Shown here piece after piece: positions 26,621-40,939 of a stretch of DNA of 64,000 nt (the first letter of the stretch is position 1; every line of letters starts with the position of its first letter). Both the position numbers and the translations under genes were made by a program. The stretch covers positions 62,001 through 126,000 of the forward strand of contig JAQGDQ010000127.1 in assembly GCA_030141605.1 (NCBI GenBank), given 5' to 3'. A model generated the notes under the pieces. It ran no database searches, was not told the DNA's origin, and worked only from the letters and a program-made list of their open reading frames with translations. Source of the stretch: Tubiluchus corallicola. Taxonomy: Eukaryota; Animalia; Priapulida.

Positions 26621-28817
26621 CCCCGGAAGAGAAAGCACTGTCTGCATTGACCTAAATACGCCCCGAGGCTCCAACACTCTACCCGCGTATTATACTCAAA
26701 TCGACTTTCTTACGGGAGTCGCAGAAGGGTCAATAACGCTTTGTGAGGGGGTAATGGTCAGTTATAATCAGTTTAGCGTTTTTTGACAAATTAATACTGT
26801 GAATAATAGTGCAAATACTGTAATAGTGATCTTGCAAGTTTTACAGCCTCCTGGACAAAAAAGCTTTAAGATGAAAGTGAAATTACGAAGTCGCAAAATA
26901 TTAACTTAATCGTTTTTGGCGTTGTTCTTTGTGGATAAAATTACTAAATGCGTTCTCTCTCATATTTTTAATAGCGTGCAATTTTGCAATTATTTGCGTC
27001 ATTATCGAACAGTTTTTCACTGGTCAGCTTAGCATTTAAGCTATTTGTATTTCTGAGTTAATAATAATATTAATTAGAAAAATTATTATACACGCTGCAC
27101 ACGCTCTCGATGCCAACAAATATACTTTAATCCTTTCCCTTACCTACCACGGCACCTACAAATCTAAGCTTCCTTTTCATCCTATAATTATCTGAATCTA
27201 ACGTATTTTCTCTCTTCCTTTCAAAACATGGAATCGCTAATTTAGTTACCCAGCCACTTAGGCTGAATAGACTGTTTTTCTTTTTTTACAACTTAATCTG
27301 TTTTTGAATAAACTCAAATTGTGGTTTTCCGTTTACTGAGTGTCAGTTTTTAGCATGAATGTGACTATAGGCTACTTGATACAACACAATCTGCAGTATA
27401 CACCTGCAGTAAAAAAAGATTAAGTAATAGGTGTAAATCATAACAAAATAGGAAAATGATAATTTTCGTTACGCAGATTATTGTGTATTTATTCGATATT
27501 ATTCTGCTTTTTTTACTTCTTTTTAGCTACTGTTTAATTTAACTTTGTTACAGTTTGTAATGTTTAATTTTCTTTTCACGATACACTGCAATTATTCCAC
27601 GTTTTAGCTGATGCTTATACTAAGATAAAGTACTCAATTTATATTTTACTTTCTCAACGTAACATTCACATGCGATAACAATAAAACATTCGCAGAGCGA
27701 CTATTGTCGTTCATTGCTCTTCATTTAACTATAGTTACTTATTAAGTCTTGTAATTAATAAAAGTAAGTTGAATGTAGCAACAATGAATTTGACTAATTA
27801 CCCAATTTCACTTCGGTATACACTATCTGTAGACTTATACAAGATAAAAAACCTTATAAGTTGACTGTACGTCAGCTAAACTTTTTGTATCAATATGAAT
27901 GTTGTATTAAGTATATGTACTTTGCTTAATATAATTAATGACAACATTTTTCGAGGAAAAGAAAAAATAATAAACTGACGTATAGTTCAGAGGCTAATGA
28001 AATTCAAAAAAGTTAGCGTATTGTATTAGTGAAGGGGTGTGCTGAGTGTACGGAGTCAGAAACAGAGTAAAAAAACATAGATAGTCAAATACTCAAATAC
28101 TTTAATTCCCTGTTCCTCAATTTGCAAAAGTACAGCTGGGAAAAGCAAGTAGAAGTAAAGTTTACACGTTGTTAGCATAAAAGTAGATTTGGGCAAACAT
28201 TACTGAGCAAATTTCTTTCATTTTTGAAGATAACTAAACAAACAGTTTTAAAATTGACAAAAAGAGGTTTAAAGTATTCGATTAAAGTGTTTAAAGTCGT
28301 ACATATCCCCAAATAAAAATTGTTTTGAAATACTGATCTAATGTTATGATCTATGGCTATTACTCATGCTGGAAAAACAGGCTTACAAGATGTATAGGAA
28401 TAGCAGCATGATCTTTGCAACAAAGACTGTTTAACCTGAGCTTCGATCTTTATGCACATTTGTTTCTGGCATTAAAATGCTGTTTCTGTTTTTTTCAGCA
28501 ATTTTTTAGAGTTTAGGAATAAACAGAAGAAGTTAAAATTCACATCACCAATAGAATTACACATGGTAAATAATATTATTAAAATAGTAATTTTAGCAAC
28601 CTCGGGGTAGCACTCAATGCAAAGGAAATAAATTTACATGTATATTTCTCTTGACACGCTCTCTTATTAATAAGACATTACTGCCCTTTACATGAAAGAG
28701 CCCCTGTAGACTCGACTGCGAATATGATTTAAAATAATTAAAATTAGTATCATTAGAACCTCCATCTACAAAATTAACTTATTGTGCAGAATAAGGTCAG
28801 CGTTTTAACTTATAGAT

Positions 28818-31800
28818 CTAAGTCACAGTTTGCCTATTATTAGTCTGAGTTGCTGCGGGAGGTTTTTTGCCTCTCTTTTTCATCCATTGTGAAAGATCTT
28901 TGTAAACTCCCGTGAAAGCCAAGTAGATCCACGGATTCACGGCGCTATTAAGCGTGGCAAGCAACAACAGAATAACATTTGCACCTGAAATAAAGACTTC
29001 GAATTAAAAAGTTGCTTTAAATAACTTAAAAGAAACAAAATTCACTTATTTAACAAATTCAAGTAATGGTGTTAGGTTGGGCGCTTACAAAGTTACACAT
29101 CACCTTTTAAAACTTCTTTATAAGATCCATATTCAGTATTTGGTAGACAGCATTTAGTGTTTTGAAAACAGAATTAGCAATGATGGTTCCGGTGTTCCGT
29201 TTCCCTTTTAATGAGAATTGTATTTTCTGTAAGTGAAAATTTTGCAATATGATAATTTGCCGCGCGCTCTAGTCGTCCATTTGGACGTTTTTTGCTCTTT
29301 CAGCTCTACCCACACTTCAGCATTACTATCACAGTACGCACAACTTCAGCATTCGCAACACCGCACCACATTATCTCAGTACCCACAACCTCAGCACCCA
29401 CAACTTCAGCACCACTATCTAGATTATCACAACCTCTAGTACCCGCAATCTCAGCACCACTAACTCGATATCCACAACCTCAATTCCTGCAACCTTAGCA
29501 CCGCAATCTCGGTACCCATAACGCTAACACCCTCAATTTCAGCAACACTATCTCGTTCCTCAAAACCACTGCATCTGTATCCACAACCTCAGCACCACTA
29601 TTTCTGTTCTCACAACCTCAGTACCAACAACTTCAGCACCCGCAGCATAAGCACCATTACCATAACATTAACAGCATCCGCAATTTCAGAACCACTATTT
29701 CGGTACCCACAACCTCAGCGCTCATAACATTAGCACCACTACCTCGGTATCCACTGCAACATCTGCAATATTTAGTACTAATACCTTATTACCAACAAAT
29801 TCAGCACTCACAACCCCAGTACCACTATTTCGGTATACTAGTGAGCTTAGCGCCAACAACATCAGCTCCAGCAATTAGTACCTACAATCTCAGCAATTCG
29901 CTACTTACTGACCTGAAATACGAAAACCGAAACGGGTATTTTGTACATCTCTCCTGTCTTTCGTATATTAAGAATTTAAATTTTGTTATTAGCTAGTAAT
30001 TGTAAAAAAAATCTGGTCATCTGGCTACCTGTTTGTGTGTCTGTCTTCCTAGCTGATTGTGATTGACTGCTTATCTGTCTGCCTCTGTGCGTGTTAACTG
30101 ACTGACTTTCTATCTACAGACAAACCAAACTATCTACCTACTTACCTACATAAAAACTTATGTATCTAAGTACGACCTATCTATTCAATGTCCACCTACC
30201 TATGTATCGTATCCATCTGACACAGCAGCCTGTTTACTTATTTACCTGTCTCTCTACAGACCTATCTGTTCATTCTGTCTCGTCATTTTTAAATCTCAAT
30301 CGTACCGACATGGGTCCAATTGAACTCCACCTAGTTATTTTTACACACAAACTAAACATTTTAAGCAGCGCAGTGCTGTGTGTTTAACTGATTATATTAA
30401 TAAGTGTCCGATATTGCATGCAATACAGAAAAAAATTAACGCATAATGTATTAAAAATCAACACATAGTATAAAAACTAACCGATAATATAATAAAAAAC
30501 TGAAAAAACTAACGAAACTCCCAAAATGCATAATGTAATTACCCGAAGTTTAAAGTATATCGTAACACCACCGAAACGCATATTGTAATAAGAAAAATTC
30601 CAACAGATAGTGTAATAATATAATGTAATAACTAGCTGAATTAGCGTTACATTGGTACCAGTGAAGTAGTCCTGGGAATACGTAAGAATGGCTCATTACT
30701 CTGTTTGGAAGAGGCATGGTGTTTAAAAGAAAACCGGGCGATTGTTTAGACTCAATCTCATTTTAATTTACTGTCCAAAATATACATTTTCTTGCCTATA
30801 AAAGTTAACAATTGTTCCTTATATTTGAATAATTAGCTTAGAAAGTTAATTAACGGCAACCCAACACAGCTATTGCTTACGTCAGAAACTAACCACAGTG
30901 GTGCGCGTCAAGCACGTTTGCGTAAGTGTTACTGCTTAAACGCGTGATGTCATGAAAATAGGCTCTGCATCGTATGACGTCAGAAACTAACACTAGAGTT
31001 CATGATAATGGTTATCACGGTACCGCCTTCTATTTGTCGGCCACGCGAATGTAACAAAAAGGCGCCGCTACCAATCTTAGTAGATTCACTGAGCCGCGCG
31101 TAGCTTTGAAAGTTTAACGAAATTTGAATATCCGAAGTAATTATTATTTAATCTAAGCTTTGATTTAAAAAGAGCTATTGCAGTTTTCAATATTTTAGAG
31201 CATTCTTTATCCTGATCTAATGTTTACACAATCGTCCGGTTTTCCTTTAAGGTACTGCTCATGCAGCAGCTGCTGACTTGGGACCTTAGGTAACGCCTCC
31301 GTTATAACTGCATTTAAAACAAAGCCAAGTGAGTGAAAAGCGTCCGAACCTTACCAAGGTTTGCGAGTGTCGAGCTTCACTCATCAGACACATAATAGAA
31401 ACCAAAACGGGAATATGATCACATTTCATGATAATCCATCATATGAGATTATCACGAAGTCCTTAAAAAGGCATAACAACGATTTTCAGGTAATATCCCA
31501 AAAATCCCGACGACGGGGACATAATAACTGCATTATTAAAGCGTATTCAGTGCATCAATATAACGCGGTCACGTTATTTTTTAGTAAAGTAATCATATGA
31601 TTGGTGAAGTAACTTTGAAACTATATTGACTGATCATACGTTTTTACAACGACTCTTTCAATTTTCAGTATAGACTATAGTAATAAGTTATCAAAACAGC
31701 ACTTATTGTAAGACTAAACTAAACTAACATTCATATTTCCTACCTTTTTACGTGGTTAGAATTTCTATAATTCCGTCTATTTCCACAAACTTAAGGGGCG

Positions 31801-33205
31801 CCAGTAAAATTGTTTATATTATATCATTCGATCTATTTTCTGACGTTGTTACATGTTTTTATATGCAAGAGCTACAAGCCAGTTCTATACAAAAGTTGTT
31901 TTTAAATGGTCATTTCACTCCTTTGATATCAGTTTACTTCATGGCCGTTGTATGCAAGAGCATTTGTTAGAAAACGCACGACCGAAAAAGCCGAATTATT
32001 TAATTAAGTGGTACGAGCGCTTCCATTTTCGATCGTCTATATAATTGACCAATGTCCTTATGCAGCGCAGCATGTACATAATAAACTGCTGTCAAATAAT
32101 CAACTAGGGGCGTTGTTTATAATTATAGGGTTATTTATACGTATTGTGTGATGCAATCATTCGTGGAGTCTTAACCATTAGTGGACATCGTGTTACATGG
32201 ATTACAGTCCTCGCATAATTGACCCTTATAACAAGGTTCTTTATTGATTACTTTATTGACTGACATTTTCTTACCTTCAGTGTCATATTTATGCTGCGGA
32301 ACAACCACCATGTATAACAAAGAAAGGAAGAATGGAGACCAGCAGATCAGATAACAGACGATGACAACTAGAGTCAATTTAATTGTTTTCAGTTTAGCTC
32401 TTGTCAATCCACTCCACGTTCTGGGTCTATGACTCTGATTACCCATTTCGCTATTGTTGGCACTAACCTGTTGTTGAAAGGTGACATATTCTCTAGACCC
32501 AGCTTCTGCGACTCTCATGGACACTTTCACGACTCGCTGACCTGCACTATCTGTCGAATGCTCCCTCCAGACAACGCAGCAAATTCTACCATAACAATAT
32601 ATGAGAATGAAAAGCGGTATAAAGTACACAGCGAAAATGGTAAAACAAACATACGTTGTCTCGCCCCATTGATATCCGAAAACTGCCCAGCAATCTGATA
32701 TGACACTCCCATTGGGATATGTCCACGTTCGTTTGGCAAAGAGGACCAGTTGAGGTGAGCTCAGAACAAGAGCTAACACATACGCAGAACCTATCATTAA
32801 GCGACCTCTATGCCTGTTCCACGAAAATCGCGGAAATGTGATACAAATGGCATGATACCTATCGATAGTCGTCATTACTAACACATATGTGGACAGATAC
32901 ATAGGAAATACCTGCATGAGTTTGACAATTCTGCACAACGCATCGTTGCCTTGGAATCTATATGTCACATCCCAGAGCAGCTGAGATAAAGTCTGAAAGA
33001 ATGCTACCTGTAAGTCGGCTACACACAAGTGCATTACGTAGAACAACATTCTGGATAGTCTCTTATGTCTTGTTTTCAAGGCCATCAGCACGAGGACATT
33101 ACCAAACACTGTGATGGCAAACAGCAGTGACTGAACGAATATCTCAATTCGTGCCATTTCTTCATTTCTCCCTCCAGTGAGAGATGATATGTTGCTGTGA
33201 TTCAT
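28818..33205 (-). CDS. Vasopressin/oxytocin-family neuropeptide GPCR (class A), 365 aa, 2 exons
   Basis: Exons 33205-32275 and 28984-28818. Family motifs: RNEEMARIE, GN, ADLQVAFFQTLSQL, CRIVKLMQV, DRY, SSPQ, DCWAVF, RAKLKTIK, CWSPFF; exon 2 supplies TM7 LLATLNSAVNPWIY. Confidence 0.92.
29310..29900. repeat. Degenerate C/A-rich minisatellite in the GPCR intron
   Basis: Repeated CACAACCTCAGCACC / CAGCACCACTAT / CGGTACCC subunits. Confidence 0.75.
30405..30665 (+). repeat. Dispersed repeat built of CGCATAATGTAATAA subunits (copy 1)
   Basis: Similar to 36155-36356 (same orientation) and 37700-37945 (inverted). Confidence 0.7.
30727..31246. mobile_element. TTAA-flanked MITE (Kolobok/piggyBac-like target site) in the GPCR intron
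   Basis: TTAA|AAGAAAACCGGGCGATTGT ... ACAATCGTCCGGTTTTCCT|TTAA inverted termini. Confidence 0.75.
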
Positions 33206-34011
33206 CGTTTCGTCTCAAAAAATATAATTTTAAAAGCAAAACTGTATTTTTCACGTTCTTCGCAAAACCGCAGGGTATAATGTCTCTATCACTGGCACCA
33301 GATATAGAAGATAATAATATAAAGACACTTCAAACATTTTTTCATTGCACACAACAGTCTTCGAAAATGAATGCAGAATTATTAACGTTAATTAGTACCC
33401 ACCCAACCAATCTTTTTCTCCCCCCACATCCTGTTCGTTAATTAAGAGACTTGTGTGGGATTTCGGAATAAACATGCGTACTTGATAAGCAATTTTATGA
33501 CATGTTTTGCTCTTTCAAATGGCCGCATATGTTTACTGCTGACCCAGTAGTTCGGAAGTTACTTGATGCGTTTTCAAAAAGCTTCCTTAATAGTTAACAG
33601 CTGAAATTCTGGTTTCAATACAAAGCGACCACGCGCATGGCTTAAAGGCATCCTTGTGTGAATAACACTTCAACACTAAATCATCGAGCCACACAAATAA
33701 TCACATTTAGCTATAACAAATCCCGCCTGTGCACTAGGTTTTTGTCGGTAAATGCGCAAACAAAATTTAATAACGTATAATAGTCTGTTATAATGTTTCA
33801 GAAAATACGAATCAGCACTTCCATCGGTTCGCAAAGAAAGGTTTCATTTGAAGGTCGCAAAAACAAATCTGGTAAACCTGATGCTCCGTGAAAAGCTTCA
33901 TTAAAATACCTTGATGCGATATCGCCAAAGTTAATGATTTGCTAAACTGCTTTTAACAATGATTATTGCAGATGATAAATTGCATGATAAATAAGTTAAG
34001 CATGAATACAG

Positions 34012-34199
<188 letters not shown>

Positions 34200-36154
34200 C
34201 TAGAATCATCGTAGTTCCCACACTAAAAATGACAAACCTGATTTACTCGCCACAATAACATTTGATGCCGACTAAAGTTCAATAACGTAAATTCAACGAA
34301 ATTAGGCACAGTTCTGGAATGCAGATAAGCTTATTTACTGTCCCACAGAACAAAGCAACAAATCGGAATTTCTTCAGTCGGAATTGGAACATGTTGTGCG
34401 AATTCGTTCACTATTTCCTCATTGACGAGAGGGATATGCAGCACATTAATAAATCACTCTGGAAGCATAAATGCCATCTACTTGTGTGCAGTTTTAATCA
34501 AAAAGAATTGCCTATGGTAACACTGCGTTTCATCGTATTTGCGTCATTTTCAACAAAAACGCCAACCTAAGAAAAGTAGAATTACACTGCGCGTCAAATG
34601 TGGGAAAATTATTTTCCGACGCTTCGAGTATTTTTTCACTAGGAAAGACTGTGTCAAATAACTCACACTAATAAGTACCGCAAACACAGGTTGCTGTGGC
34701 GCGGGGTGTTTCGCAGGATTGAATTTCTTTCCAATTATTTAGGTGTCAAATAAATGTCCATAATTTCGGCTGTGTCTTAAATGATTTTGTCTTGTAACTG
34801 TCTGCAAAGTACACAACTGATGATTAAAAAGAAAACGAAAACAAACGACAATAGTACTCCGTACTTCATCATTGATGTTTGTAAGTACTTTACAAACAGT
34901 AAAGTAAAGTACTTACATTGATGTTTGTGAGTACTTAAGTAGTTTGTAACATAACGAAGTAAGCTATTCCAAACTTTATTGCGCGTTAACAGACTTCAAA
35001 CCAAAAACGATCATAAAAAAGTACTAGTACCATAAAGTTATCTCACAATATACAGTATATTACACGGTATATTACATATACTGTTGTAGCACACGTCCGG
35101 GATGAGTTCTAAATTTCTGATAGCACACAATCACGTAAATGGTATGAATTGTGCAAAGCCAAAATATAGTAAAAATGAAGTAATTAACAATTCCAACATT
35201 CAAATATCTCAAAACACCAAGCATTTACTCAAATACACATGTATCAACCAAAGACACATTTTTCAGAATTTATGGTCGAAGGAAACTAATTTGTTTCGTG
35301 TGGAACATACACGCAAATGAATCAAATTAGATTCATAACCTCATCGCCACGCTGTTATAGTCAATAACAATTCCAGTGTGGCTTCGTGCGCAGTAGTTCT
35401 TTGCCAGCCCCGTATAATTCGCACGTGAAGGTTGAGCAGATGAAGTCCAGATGACTGTAATTCGGACTTCCTACAAGCAATTTAGGCAGTCAACACAGAC
35501 CACGTAATAAACCGGATGATATGGTAAAGTAATGGACATTTCGTCTCTTTTGTTTATGTTTCTGGGAGAATGTCAGCAATGGCCATAATTTATAAGTTTC
35601 TAATATACACGGTCCATAATAAGATGTAGCTGAACTGGAAACTGAAAAGCTCGGATAACGTGGAGGCCAACACTAATACGTAGTGTCTGAAAATGTTCGA
35701 CAAGCGAGACGATTCCATTTTTCGTTGTTGAAAAAATTTAATAAATAAAAGTTCAAGTTGTATAAAAGCAACAACGTTGATGAGACAGAATTCATGCAAA
35801 ATTTTAGTATCATATCAAAATGTGTTAATTTTCGATGTAAATATGCAATTATATGGTGTCGACATACCTTGTACGTTGTGTACAAAAATTCCCAAATGGC
35901 AATATAAAAATACACACACAAGAAACTAGTTCGCGAAGCGAATTAGGGTTAGGGTTAGGGTAGGGGAAGAGGTGGGGTTATGGGTATTTAAATTGTGAGA
36001 GGAATTGTAAACTCCTTCCTATGTAAATTATTGTTGAATGGAGTTACTGTCCCGCCTCTCAACTTCAGCAAGAGAATCTGCAGTTTCCACGTACGATTAC
36101 TAAGTTTTTCCGAGGTCGGTACTCCGATAAACAAAGGCCATTGCCACGCTATTT

Positions 36155-36356
36155 GTTATAAACACCCGATATTGTAATAACGGAGAAAATTAACGCATAA
36201 TGTAATAACTAACCTATAATATAATAAACAGCTAACGCATAATGTAATAACTCCAAGTTTAACACATGTAAAATCGCAAAAACGCATAATGTAATAAAAC
36301 ATTCTAATACTGATTATGCAATAACTAGCTGAAGTAATGTTGCTTCGTACCAGTGG
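36155..36356 (+). repeat. Dispersed CGCATAATGTAATAA repeat (copy 2)
   Basis: CCCGATATTGTAATAA...AATAACTAGCTGAA...TACCAGTG, as in copy 1. Confidence 0.7.
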
Positions 36357-37699
36357 CGTAAAGCTGTGGAAATGGTATTTCGACAGTTCGCCACTAATGC
36401 GGTTCGTTAATACGCCAGTAAAATTTATCAACTATGATATTACCTTATCCCCTTAACAAAAGTGTTTCAGTTCGCCACTAGTACATTTCGCCAGGAAAAT
36501 TTCTCTACTATGTTAATACCTTATCCATTACAAATTGTTATTGTTCGCCAGCAATATGGTGCACCCAGTGGTATGGTTCCATAGAATTAACTTTTTTGTG
36601 GCTCGACCCTTAGATATGACGATTTTTCGTGGATAACGTTTAAATCTTCCCAAAATGAAGATTGCAAATGTCCAGTACTATACAACCAGATAAAAAACTA
36701 GTCACGATGGGTTACAACCTTAACAAGTCATCTTGTATATATTAATAAATCGGACCAACAAGGATAGGAATAATGGGCCGTAGCGCTGCAATCTCTGATA
36801 TAAGTGGTATTTGCGTGACACCTCGTTGGATAGACAATCGATAGGACTATCACCACTGGCTGACGTCTTGGTGCGTGGTGCTTTTGCCTTTTAGTTTTTG
36901 TAGGCTTAGTGGCCTACAGACCTGACAGGACGGGACGGGTCATTAAGAGCTATTAGTCAAGTGATTCTGAAAGGGTTCCTTTAAGAGTTGTGGCTTTCAA
37001 AATTTATAAAAGGTTTATTTTGTCATAAGTTTTAAGTATGGTACTAACGTGTATTTAGAAAAACGGCCGTAACGTGGCAGCCTCGTCACGGTGATGGCTG
37101 AGTCACATCGTTGGATAGAGAATTTATTGGACTACACCACTGGGCGCCATCTAGGTAGGTGGCGCTTCAGCATTAAGTGAAATTTTGGTATAAGTACACA
37201 AAACTTAGGACCTTGGGGCCCTAAAAGGTTTGTAGGCTTAGTAGGGTGAGGCCATGTCATTATCGAGTGCTTGCTATGTGATTGCAAAGGGCTTCGTTCA
37301 AGAGATATAGCTTCCCAAGTGTGATCATATCGATACCTGGTATATATTTGTAGAGAAAATATCTATGTTTTTTGTGAAGTGATGCACTGGCGAAGTGTAC
37401 TACTATGTGAATGCTTTTTTTTGTACTTTTTCTAATATCAACTGGCGAAAAATTTGACCAGCGAAATGATGCATTGGAGAACTGATGGACTGGCAAAGTG
37501 TACGACTATTTAGACTATTTAAATACTTTTTGCACTATTTCTATTATCAACTGGAGAAATGAAAGATAGCGAAATGATGGCAAAAAGATAAACTGACGAA
37601 ATAACAGACTCGCGAAAAAATGGACTAGCGAAATTACAGACTGGCAAACGATAGACTGGTGAAATGATGCACTGTTGAACCATGCAATATACAATTGAA

Positions 37700-37945
37700 A
37701 CACTGGCTTAATAATGCTTACCACATTGCACCAAGTAACATTAATTCTACAAGTTACCGTGGTGTTACAATATGCGTTAAACTTCACGTTATTACATTAT
37801 GCGTTTGGGGGTCTTACATTGTGAGCTAATTCTTTTGTTACATTATCGGTTAATTTTATTACATTATACGTTGATTTTTATTACATTATGTGTTAATTTT
37901 TTGTTATTGCATTTTCGGGCGTTTATTACATTATCAGTTGTAACA
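37700..37945 (-). repeat. Dispersed CGCATAATGTAATAA repeat (copy 3, inverted)
   Basis: TTATTACATTATGCGTT subunits ending TTGTAACA. Confidence 0.7.
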
Positions 37946-40939
37946 CTGCTGATTGTTTTCGGGAGACAGCTGGAGGCAGGCGTATGGTGCCGACCTCTGC
38001 GCCCATGTCATGTCTTCCAAGTGAATATCCTTCTAAGAGCTTGTGGCGTCCGTGGGCAAAAAAAATTCTGGCGCCCTAACCTTTTAATGCTTTCATCATT
38101 TGGGTGAAGCCACAAATTGTGCGAGTTTTTTGCGTCCCTAAGCCCGACTTTTCTTTTTCAACATGAAAGGGTAAAGATAAACGATTTTTTTTAAGAATCA
38201 ACCGAGTTTGGTTTGCCATACTGCACCAGAATAACTCTTTTCTGTGTGCTAGTCGCTCATAACACGACAGTCCTTAAACATTCAGCTTCTGCATCAGCAT
38301 TAAAACATGCAAAGATTATGAAAGATAAAAAACACTACAGGTTCTCACAATAATATACCCGGCTTTTAGAGAATAACACCACTGTTTCTCGATCTGCTAA
38401 GCCACGCGCCACCCACAACATGCCCTTTTAATAAGTAACAACATTAGTGTTGCGTCACTGTTGCATTAGTCTTTTGCACGGAGGACTTTTTTGCACTGCT
38501 GTTCACTTTTTGGTAAAGCATGCCAAGAGCTTTCGCTGACCTTTCTTACTGACTAAGAATGCAAAATCATGACAATGTGGTTGCTGTGATCTCGGAATTG
38601 ACGAATACAGCACTTATTTTGTCACTTTGTGCGCTTATATGTTGAAACCGTCAGTGCGAAGTAAATTAATGCTTTCCCGATTTGTGCACTTTTTATTTCC
38701 CGATCAACCATCTTTTCACAGTTTTTGCGGCCCACTCTAGAACGATTCACTGGTGGGTTAAGTTAGTGATTGTTGGAACCGGCAGAGTTGTCACACAAAC
38801 GTAAAAATCCTTTCTAGGTTGTCGCAGTAATAAATACCTGGTCCGAAATAGGATTAATGTTTAATGTTGTGTACTAACGGCTGTTATTATATTAATGTAT
38901 AGTAATTTTATTTATGATAAGGAAGGCGGTACTTTCAGTATTGCGTAATTAACTCGCTTATATTTTCTGCTGCATTATGTCATGAGTTAGTAATTAGCAA
39001 ACAATAAGCCCTAATCAAAAAGTTTACGAGTTTCTGTTAAATACGCACATTACAAGCGCTGTGTGCATGTTCCACTCAGCATCAACTCTAGGTGATACAT
39101 GTAGATAAGTTTCTCAGATGAGCGCCATTCCTTAACTATACTTCGTGTTAATAGCTAATGTTGTCTGCTTATGACACGCTGCAGGTCTAAGGAAAGTATC
39201 AAGAGTACAAGCCAATTGTAATAGAAACTATTGCATTGTAAATACAACCCCCCCCCGTCCAAGCATAACAGTTCAGATAAGTTTTCTCGTAATGATTGGC
39301 TATTGCCGAAAATTTTGTAAAAAAAATTCTCAAGCGGTTGCTCCACTCCAAGATTGTTAAAGAAAAACGTTTCGTATAAATCGGGTGAAACCTATGATCA
39401 AACATTACAAAGCTCCAGACTTTGATAAACTTGCTATAGATACTGGAGGCCCTGTCCTCCTTGCATATTAGCGAAGAAATCAGGCATCTGGTGTTTTACT
39501 TTTCGAAAAAATTCAATGAGAGTCAACAAATATATTAAAAAAATACCAGTACCGGTACATTTTGAAGTTAATACTATATGGCGTCCACGCTGTCACTGTC
39601 ACTGAAAACAAGTCATTCTTCAGTTTGTCGATGCTGATCGAGGGATCGTGTGGAAGCGGAAAATGCTAGTGAAATTTGAATGTTCTTCAAGTTTAACGAT
39701 TTTCGTCAATGTCAGTCATAATCCTTGGAAAAACAGCCACTAATACTGCGAACCAACTAGAAGAGCCTCTTTTATCGCGTGTGCGTAAACGGCGCGCTGT
39801 CACTAAAAACAAAAAGTTAAACAAACAGCGACTGGAAATGCACACGTGCAGAAATTTTCGTGAATGTACGTACGTTTTGTAGACTTGTACAGAAAACTTG
39901 CGCTTGTACTGGATCGTCTAAATTTCTAATTTGCAAAAGAAAAAAGCACAATTATGTCTTTCTGCATTATTTATAGGTGAAAATTTGTTCAGTAATCAAA
40001 CATTATAGCACAAAGTGTACTATTAGCAAAGTGTCCTGACAAAGTGCGTACTGAGGGAAAATGTGCATTGGCGAAATATACACCTGGCGATGTGTCCGAT
40101 TGGCAAAATGTACCGATGGTAATCTCTACCCTAGCGAACTTACATAAGTGGCGAAAAATGCATTAACTAAACGTCAAATGTTAGCCACACTAAAATGGTG
40201 CCAAATAAACATCGTTAATAATCATTTGGAACGTATTTGCTAATTTTGTGTCAAAACAACCTTCATTGGTCTAAATCGCTTAATGTCCAAAGTAGCTCGT
40301 GCTACTTGTAACCTTTTTTCAGACAACGCGAAGAAGCATGCTTTATATAGCTCGTGCCTAGAGACCAATTACATTGGAAACTTTCTTGTTTCGCATAAAA
40401 CTGTATTTGTATTTTCTCCTGAGGTTATTATTATACGCGAGAAAACAACGCAATTCGTTTAACAGCGCCCTGAGGACAAACTACTTATCGTTTACTTCGA
40501 AAATTTTGCGCAAAAGTTTTTAAACTGAGTGTTAAGCTTTGTTCCACAAGTTGTCGTTTTCATAAATTTATAGTTAGCACTGAGAAATAGCAATAATAAT
40601 TATAAATTCATAAATATCATATTGTATACATATTATTATATTATAACGAAGCATTCATACTAACCATACTATAATAAATCAACGAGCAAAAAGAAGCATA
40701 CGAAAAGTATTCGTACTTCAATTAAGGCCATACGATACAATCCTGTTCTCTGGCGAAAACTGGTCAAAAATGATGGCGTGTTGATTCGTTAGCAAGAGCA
40801 GATTGGAGGCCCTGAAATAAGTTAGAATACTAAGCGACTACCAATATCCCACACTTTGCGCTGCAATCTGTACGAGAATCCAGATCAAAATTGCAAAAAC
40901 CTATTTAAAAATTGCTTCTGGCCTATAGGTGTGGCATTA

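Noticed and set aside
29233-29900. TSAPT/PQPQH repeat ORFs that resemble a nested mucin gene or a CRISPR-like array
   Set aside because: Frequent stops and frameshifts, no constant repeat with unique spacers, no splice context; degenerate minisatellite
32171-32274. ORF-track C-terminus of the GPCR
   Set aside because: Read-through into the intron; TM7 is in the exon at 28984-28818
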